This document shows positions 57,663 through 64,000 of a stretch of DNA of 64,000 bases, piece by piece. How positions within the stretch are numbered: the first letter of the stretch is position 1; every line of letters begins with the position of its first letter. The notes under the pieces were generated by a model. The model was not told the DNA's origin. It worked only from the letters and a program-made list of their open reading frames with translations, and ran no database searches. Location: positions 1 to 64,000 of IMG/VR virus record IMGVR_UViG_2936984999_000001. The stretch is one strand, 5' to 3'. The DNA comes from a virus. Lineage: Duplodnaviria; Caudoviricetes. The position numbers were made by a program, and so were the translations under genes.

Positions 57663-59414
57663 ATGGGTAGACCCAAAGGTAGTAAAAATAAGCCAAAGGT
57701 GCAGGACGGTACACCTATTTCAAATAAAACCGTTAACACAGCTGCCTCAACTTCCACTTCGAAGCCAAAAGCAGCTCCTAAAACAACTAAAATCCCAACA
57801 ACCAAATCAAATCAAACAAAGAAACTGGATAAAGTTGATAAATTGCTATTGAACAAATCAGCCACTGTTCCAACTATTGATACTCCAAAAGGTAAGAAAA
57901 CTGTAGCGGAAATGTCAACAACGCTTACAAAGCATGAACGTGTACTTGAAATGGCAAAAACCACAAAAGCTATGATAGACGCATTGCAGCTTACTGATTT
58001 ATCAAAGACTGAATCACGTACTTTCCAGAGTTATTCCAGGGAGACACTTCGTACTTATATGAAATCTCCAAAATCATATGAGTCTCAGCTTCGTAACTTA
58101 AGCCGGTATCTGTATAGGCTTTGCTATGAGTACAGGCGTATTTGCTTACATTATGCAACTATGATTTGTGGAGATGCATTCAATATTATTCCATTGGATG
58201 ATCCAACACAGGAAATGACTCCAGAGGAACGTACAAATACTTGGTATGAGACTATGATTCGTTGGCAACGTATGGATTTTGCCAGTGAACTTGTAAAATT
58301 ACTTCTTGTAGCTTGGCGTGAAGATTCTGTATACGCATATGTTTATGATGATTCAGACCAGGAAGGTGGAACTTGTTTCTATCAGATACTTGATGGGGAT
58401 TACTGCAGAGTATCATCTGTTGAAGCAGGTGTATTCAGATTTGCATTTGACTTTTCTTATTTCAGATCACATGAGACATATCTTGAATATTGGGATTCTG
58501 AATTCAAGTCTAAATATGAAGCATATCAAAAAGACTCCACATTAAGATGGCAGGAACTGGAACCTGAAAGACAGGTTTGTTTTAAGGTGAATAGTGATGA
58601 TCCGACTATGGATTTTGTTCCCCTAGGCGGATTGCTTGAAGTGCTGATAAACGCAGTGGATTTACAATCAATTCAGGCTGTTAAAGATGAACTTAGTGCA
58701 TACAAACTTCTTGTAGCAAGATTAAAACCATTAAGTGGTACTTCTGATCCAGATGATTTTGAAATTGATCCGGATACAGCGTTGAAATACTATAATAAAC
58801 TTGCAGCAAATGTTCCGCCATGTGTTAATGTTGTGCTTTCTCCTATGGACATCGACACAATTGAATTTAAGGATCTAAATAATACTGATGACAGTGATAT
58901 GATATCCAATTCTATTTCTAATATTTTTAAGCACATCGGTGGTGTTATTCTCGATTCAGATAAGTCTGGAACAACAATTTATGAAGCACAGATTATTGCT
59001 GATATGAAATATGGCCAGAGTACTCTTCTTCCACAGGTACAGAGGTATTTGAATTTATATTTCAATTATGTTGTTGGTACAGGACATGGGTATTTCAAAT
59101 ATATAGATGGTGTTAGCCCATATACTAGAAGAACAAAACGTAAAGAACTTATTGAATCTGCCCAGAATGGATTTTCAAGAATGTCAATCGGTGTTCTCGA
59201 TGGAAATACACTTCTTGAGCAAATGTCTATGCTTAAGCTTGAGCGTGATTTAGGTCTCGTGGATCTTATGTCAAATCCATTAAGTACAAGCTATACTCAA
59301 GCAGGAAGTCAGCCAACTGCAGATACCGATCCAATCAATGGTGGTGCTCCAAGTAAAGATTCTGATGATCTAACCGATTCTGGTAGTAAATCCAAAGAAC
59401 GTGGAAATGAGTGA
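57663..59414 (+). CDS. Portal protein (YonE-like)
   Basis: 583 aa directly after terL; LRNLSRYLY..YRR; PLSTSYTQ C-terminus. Confidence 0.75.
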   Translation: MGRPKGSKNKPKVQDGTPISNKTVNTAASTSTSKPKAAPKTTKIPTTKSNQTKKLDKVDKLLLNKSATVPTIDTPKGKKTVAEMSTTLTKHERVLEMAKTTKAMIDALQLTDLSKTESRTFQSYSRETLRTYMKSPKSYESQLRNLSRYLYRLCYEYRRICLHYATMICGDAFNIIPLDDPTQEMTPEERTNTWYETMIRWQRMDFASELVKLLLVAWREDSVYAYVYDDSDQEGGTCFYQILDGDYCRVSSVEAGVFRFAFDFSYFRSHETYLEYWDSEFKSKYEAYQKDSTLRWQELEPERQVCFKVNSDDPTMDFVPLGGLLEVLINAVDLQSIQAVKDELSAYKLLVARLKPLSGTSDPDDFEIDPDTALKYYNKLAANVPPCVNVVLSPMDIDTIEFKDLNNTDDSDMISNSISNIFKHIGGVILDSDKSGTTIYEAQIIADMKYGQSTLLPQVQRYLNLYFNYVVGTGHGYFKYIDGVSPYTRRTKRKELIESAQNGFSRMSIGVLDGNTLLEQMSMLKLERDLGLVDLMSNPLSTSYTQAGSQPTADTDPINGGAPSKDSDDLTDSGSKSKERGNE

Positions 59415-59420
59415 TAAATA

Positions 59421-59606
59421 ATGAAAGATAAAAAATTTATTTTTACATATGATAAAGAAGTTCGTGAGCAGTTGATCACTCTAGGTTATATAGAGGTTCA
59501 GACACCTGCTCATTTTTATATGTTTGTAAATAATAATAAGATGAATTTTGCAGAAAATGACATTGATATGTCTAAAGTAAAATTCACAAATATTATGTGT
59601 GTTTAG
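59421..59606 (+). CDS. Small hypothetical protein
   Basis: 61 aa ORF between portal and protease. Confidence 0.6.
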   Translation: MKDKKFIFTYDKEVREQLITLGYIEVQTPAHFYMFVNNNKMNFAENDIDMSKVKFTNIMCV

Positions 59607-59663
59607 TCCTCTTTTCTAAGGGCTATTATATAGAAATTTTTGGAAAGGAGGTAAATACCAAAT

Positions 59664-61511
59664 ATGCGAAACAAAACGCTACTCACCATTGATGATTTAG
59701 TCAAATTTTGTGAGGAACAGAAATTTGCAAAATTCAGTTCAAATGAAACAGGATATAAACTTGCAGTAAAAGTCCCTACTACTTTTGAGTCAGAAGACTC
59801 TGTTGATGAAAATCATCGTGGTATGAAAAAAGTTAAAATTAAAATCTTCCATACTGGAGTAAATCGAAATAAATCTCGTGTTTCTAAAGAAGCTGCAGAA
59901 CGTGCAATGAAAACAATTCCTGATAGACCGGTACTCGCCGCTATCCATCAGCTTGACGATGGTTCATGGGATTTTGAAGGTCACGAAATGACAACTGTTA
60001 GAAACGAAGAAACTGGTGAAGATGAAACAGTATATATCGAATCCCAAGTTGGATCATTCTCTTCTGAACCAGCATTTTGGGAACATGATGATAAATTAGA
60101 TAAAGACTTTGTATGTGCTTATGCTTATATTGCTGAAGACTACACTCGCACCACTTCTATACTTGAAGAAAAAAACGGTACTAAAAATAGTTGTGAGCTT
60201 GTTATTGAGGAATTATCCTACGATGCAAAGGAGAAAGTTCTTGATTTAGATGATTTCTATTTAAACGCCTCGACTTTCTTGGGATCTCGTGATGATGGTA
60301 CCGAAATAGGAGAAGGCATGGAAGGTTCCAGAGCAGATATTATTGATTTTAGTGAAGCACATAATTCAGTTTTGATTGATTTACAGACTAGACTTTCTAA
60401 CGTTGAGTCTAAGTTAGAAAAGGTTTGTTTCAATAATAATACACAAATTAATCAGAAAGGAGGAAATGATCTGGTGAAATTTGAAGAATTACTTAAGAAA
60501 TATAATGTAACAGCTGATGATATTACCTTTGATTACGAGGGATTATCTGATGAAGAGCTGGAGCAGAAATTTACAGAAACATTTGATGATGACGGTGGCG
60601 CAGCTTCTGATGATGGAGCCGGTGATGCAGGTACAACTGATGGTAACTCTGATCCAGAACCTACTTCTGATGAAAATGCAGACGAAGGCAATGTTGAATC
60701 TGATCCTGTAGAAGAACCAGTAAATGAAGAGGGAGCTGGCGAAACTCAGGAAGAAAATCCGGTATCTGAAGAATCCGAAGATGAGCCTGTTGCAACATCC
60801 GATGATTCTAAAGAAAATCCAGTTGAGGAAGAGGCTTGTGGAACAGATAATAAAAAGAAAAGGAAATACTCTATCACTACTGGTGAGAAATCTGCCAACT
60901 TCGAAGTTTCTCTCGATGAGAAAATTTGGGCACTATCTGATCTAGTAAATGCTCAGTATGGAGAGTCAGATAACTGCTGGTACTCTGTAAAGGTTTATGA
61001 AAACTATCTTATTATGTATGATTATTGGACATGCATTGCTTATAAGCAGACATATTCTCAGGATGGAGATAACTTCTCTCTCATCGGTGATCGTGTAGAA
61101 GTATATGCTACATATCTTACCAAAGAGGAATTAGATGAAGTTGAAGCGATGAGAAGCAATTATGCATCTCTTGTTGAATACAAAGAAAATGCAGAGTTTG
61201 CAAAACTTCATACACAAAGAGAAGAAATTCTTAATGCTGAGAAATACAACGATCTAAGAGATACAGATGAGTTCAAAGCTCTTGTTGAGAACATGGACCA
61301 GTACAGTCTTGTTGATCTTGAAAAAGAGGCAAAAGTTATTTTTGCTGACTTTATCACATCTAATGCAGGAACTTTTTCTGCACACACTTCTGAAACAAAA
61401 TCCAAGAAAAAATTTAATGGTGGAATGACATTTGGTGTTGGTTCTGAAAAACCAGAAGCTGATAATGAAAATTCACCTTATGGAGATTATTTTAAATCTC
61501 TTAAAAAGTAA
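59664..61511 (+). CDS. Prohead protease/scaffold protein (YonD-like)
   Basis: HTGVNRN, SCEL, GMEGS protease-like N-terminus; acidic coiled-coil C-terminus. Confidence 0.75.
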   Translation: MRNKTLLTIDDLVKFCEEQKFAKFSSNETGYKLAVKVPTTFESEDSVDENHRGMKKVKIKIFHTGVNRNKSRVSKEAAERAMKTIPDRPVLAAIHQLDDGSWDFEGHEMTTVRNEETGEDETVYIESQVGSFSSEPAFWEHDDKLDKDFVCAYAYIAEDYTRTTSILEEKNGTKNSCELVIEELSYDAKEKVLDLDDFYLNASTFLGSRDDGTEIGEGMEGSRADIIDFSEAHNSVLIDLQTRLSNVESKLEKVCFNNNTQINQKGGNDLVKFEELLKKYNVTADDITFDYEGLSDEELEQKFTETFDDDGGAASDDGAGDAGTTDGNSDPEPTSDENADEGNVESDPVEEPVNEEGAGETQEENPVSEESEDEPVATSDDSKENPVEEEACGTDNKKKRKYSITTGEKSANFEVSLDEKIWALSDLVNAQYGESDNCWYSVKVYENYLIMYDYWTCIAYKQTYSQDGDNFSLIGDRVEVYATYLTKEELDEVEAMRSNYASLVEYKENAEFAKLHTQREEILNAEKYNDLRDTDEFKALVENMDQYSLVDLEKEAKVIFADFITSNAGTFSAHTSETKSKKKFNGGMTFGVGSEKPEADNENSPYGDYFKSLKK

Positions 61512-61575
61512 TTTAGAAGTAAATTATAACAACTGAATATAGAAAAAATTTTATAGTTGAACGAGGTATTTATTT

Positions 61576-61830
61576 ATGAGTGATGTATTTTATTGCTACT
61601 CTCCTACTCTTAGAAAGGAGCTTATGGAGAATGCACATCAAAGATATATTGCACGATCAGTCAATCCATCTACCAATAGAGAATTTTGGATGTTCTTATA
61701 TACAGATGAGTTGATTGATTATCTTAACAAGCGTCCTAAAACGAAACATAAGTATGTTAAGAATAGGAAGAATCCTAAGTTCGAAAATATTGAGAATACT
61801 TCTTGTAAAAATACAGAAGTAAAAAAATAA
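61576..61830 (+). CDS. Small hypothetical protein
   Basis: 84 aa, GAGG RBS; FYCYS..FWMF. Confidence 0.65.
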   Translation: MSDVFYCYSPTLRKELMENAHQRYIARSVNPSTNREFWMFLYTDELIDYLNKRPKTKHKYVKNRKNPKFENIENTSCKNTEVKK

Positions 61831-61875
61831 AAAGAACTTTTAGGGTTCTTTTTTAATTGAAAGTGAGGTTTATTT

Positions 61876-63069
61876 ATGGGTATTACATTAACTAATGAAG
61901 AATTTCAAGAAAAGTTTTATAATAAATTTGATAAAAACGAGTATACACTAATTTCTCAATATACTGGTGGATCTAATTTTATAAGAATTAGACACAAATG
62001 CGGATATGAATTTGAGAAAAAGCCTAAAAATATAATTACACCAAGAGAACATCTTAATTGTCCAAAATGTTTTGGAAAATTATATACTAAGGTAATTCCT
62101 GGAATAAATGATATGGCAACAACAAATCCAGAACTAATACCATTACTAAAAAATCCAGATGATGCTTATAAGTATAAAACTAATACAAATAAGAAAATAT
62201 ATTTTATATGCCCTGTTTGTGGTAATGAAATATATAAAACAGGAAACGAAGTATATATGCATGGATTGCAATGCAAGTATTGTAGTGATGGATTTAGTTA
62301 CGCCGAAAAATTCATGAAGTCTATATTAAGCCAACTTGGAATTAACTATATACATCAATATAATCCTGATTGGGCACAACCATATAGATATGATTTTTAT
62401 TTTAAATTAGATGGTAAAAAATATATTATCGAAATGGATGGTGGAATTGGACATGGGAATTTTACTCGTGATGGCAAACAAGACGTTATTGGAAAACAAA
62501 TTGACGACAAGAAAGATACACTGGCAAAATTACATAATATAAATGTAGTTCGAGTTGATTGCAATTATATTGATATAGAAAATAGATATAATTATATAAA
62601 AGAACATATTTTAATTTCTGAAGTGGCTCAAATCTTAGATTTATCAAAAATAAACTTTTCTTTATGCCGTATCGTTGCAGAAAAATCAATATTTATTTCA
62701 GTTTGTGATTTAGTTAAACAAGGAATGCGAAGTTTTGTAGAAATAGCTGAGAAGCTTGAAATATCAAATACCACTGTAAGTAGATATTTAAAAACTGCTT
62801 GTGAATCTGGATATCTTGATATAGATTATAACGATCTCAAACAACAATCCCTTGATATTGGATATCAAAAGAACAAACAACGAAACGAGAATCGTCCAAA
62901 TGGATTTAATCGTACTCCTGTTAAATGTATTGAAACAGGTGAAATATTTAATTCTATGGATGCGGCGGATAAAAAATATGGCGGATGTGTAAGTAGTTAT
63001 TTATCTGGATGTATAAAATATACTGGTCATTTAGATGACGGAACAGTTCTTCATTGGGAACGAATTTAA
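61876..63069 (+). CDS. Free-standing homing-type endonuclease, paralogue of 52959-54674
   Basis: YDFYF..IIEMDGGIGH..DDKKD, Zn ribbons, HTH, PVKCIETGEIFNS. Confidence 0.72.
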   Translation: MGITLTNEEFQEKFYNKFDKNEYTLISQYTGGSNFIRIRHKCGYEFEKKPKNIITPREHLNCPKCFGKLYTKVIPGINDMATTNPELIPLLKNPDDAYKYKTNTNKKIYFICPVCGNEIYKTGNEVYMHGLQCKYCSDGFSYAEKFMKSILSQLGINYIHQYNPDWAQPYRYDFYFKLDGKKYIIEMDGGIGHGNFTRDGKQDVIGKQIDDKKDTLAKLHNINVVRVDCNYIDIENRYNYIKEHILISEVAQILDLSKINFSLCRIVAEKSIFISVCDLVKQGMRSFVEIAEKLEISNTTVSRYLKTACESGYLDIDYNDLKQQSLDIGYQKNKQRNENRPNGFNRTPVKCIETGEIFNSMDAADKKYGGCVSSYLSGCIKYTGHLDDGTVLHWERI

Positions 63070-63077
63070 AATCATTC

Positions 63078-63108
63078 AGAACCTTCTATAACGAAGGTTC
63101 TTTTTTAT
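63078..63108 (+). terminator. Intrinsic terminator
   Basis: agaaccttc/gaaggttct hairpin plus U-tract. Confidence 0.75.
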
Positions 63109-63138
63109 TGCCTAAAAATATTAAAGGAGGAAACCGAA

Positions 63139-63684
63139 ATGGCATCTAATTTCGAAAAATATTTATACGACAAACATGGCGTATTTCATGCCACATTAAT
63201 GCACGCAACTGATATTCCAAGTGCATTTTACACAATGGTTAATAAAGATGCAGAGATGGAAAATGGTTCTGTATCTGTTCTGAAGCCAGAGAATTACGTA
63301 GAGGACGATGTATTTAAGGTAGAGGCACCAAAGATTACAGATAAAATTGTAATTCTTGCAAATGATGTAAAAATCTACGAAGAGTACACAAAGAGAATGC
63401 AGGAAGAGTCCCAGTATTTTATTGGTCAGGGAGAAAGAATTCGTGCATTTGAAACATTTGAAACAGACAGATTTAGCCTTTCTAAAGAAGCTTTCAAGGA
63501 TGAAACAGAGGTTGAAGTTGGCAAATATGTTGTTGTTGATGGAACTGGTTTCAAATTAACAACTGTTGCTGAAGACCCAAATAAAACAGCTGTAACGCAT
63601 GGTTTTGTTGGCTATATCTACAAGCAGTGGCCAAACGGTGAATATGCAGTATTCGTTAAAAGAAATGCTGCAGTTGAAGCCTAA
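63139..63684 (+). CDS. Head structural/decoration protein (YonC-like position)
   Basis: 181 aa between scaffold and capsid genes; AAAGGAGG RBS. Confidence 0.6.
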   Translation: MASNFEKYLYDKHGVFHATLMHATDIPSAFYTMVNKDAEMENGSVSVLKPENYVEDDVFKVEAPKITDKIVILANDVKIYEEYTKRMQEESQYFIGQGERIRAFETFETDRFSLSKEAFKDETEVEVGKYVVVDGTGFKLTTVAEDPNKTAVTHGFVGYIYKQWPNGEYAVFVKRNAAVEA

Positions 63685-63705
63685 TAGAAAGGAGGAAATA
63701 TCATA

Positions 63706-64000
63706 ATGAGAAAATTATTATTTGCTGAATATACTGATTTAAATCAGGCAAAATTTAAAGATGCAAAAGATATTAGAACTTTTACAAAAATTTGTATTGA
63801 TACATATAATGGTACACTTCAGAACCAGTCTGTAGCAGATGCCAATACTGTAATTAGAACAAAATTTAGAGAAATTGCAGGACTTTCCGAGGATGCAACT
63901 GATAATCAGATTAAACGTGCATTAGGAAGAACTGCAGTAAGAGAAGCATTATTCGAGATTATTGAGGATACAATTGATGATACATTGGTAACAGGTTGGT
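63706..64000 (+). CDS. Major capsid protein, 5' part (truncated by the window)
   Basis: AAAGGAGG RBS, MRKLLFAEY..LFEIIEDTIDDTLVTGW, open to the window end; position in head module. Confidence 0.65.
   Translation, partial: MRKLLFAEYTDLNQAKFKDAKDIRTFTKICIDTYNGTLQNQSVADANTVIRTKFREIAGLSEDATDNQIKRALGRTAVREALFEIIEDTIDDTLVTGW

Noticed and set aside
1-64000. Diversity-generating retroelement, retron or stop-codon recoding
   Set aside because: No reverse transcriptase or TR/VR pair seen; conserved genes translate full length in the standard code and no suppressor tRNA is evident

Overview
AT-rich segment of a large Firmicutes (Clostridia/Lachnospiraceae-type, inferred) phage or prophage with SPbeta-like organisation. 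The left arm (minus strand, 167-34770) has nucleotide metabolism and replication genes: DHFR-DUF3310 fusion, thyA, dut, nrdG, nrdD, an intein-containing ATP-dependent ligase, recD2, dnaE, recJ, primase and a DnaB-like helicase. These abut, across an apparent deletion or rearrangement junction at ~22645, a cassette-like run of small early genes including HicA-like and RelE/HigBA toxin modules. A mostly non-coding ~3 kb centre (34771-37758) holds a long structured leader, promoters with palindromic operators, one small RHH gene, skewed tracts and tandem repeats. The right arm (plus strand) encodes an SF2-like helicase, a YonO-like single-subunit RNA polymerase split by an ORF-less group I intron, an atypical initiator-type tRNA, PIN-PhoH, ClpP, YonK/YonJ-like genes, TnpB, HU, a tyrosine recombinase, a tRNA/large ncRNA cluster, two free-standing homing-type endonucleases and the head module (terminase, portal, protease/scaffold, start of the capsid gene). 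The most striking observation is a catalytically intact, transposase-less TnpB coupled to an apparently replaced allele of the neighbouring phosphoesterase gene. Its predicted guide is the stranded 3' end of the displaced allele, which suggests an RNA-guided free-standing homing or allele-exclusion system. Family assignments are from motif recognition only; no searches were run.
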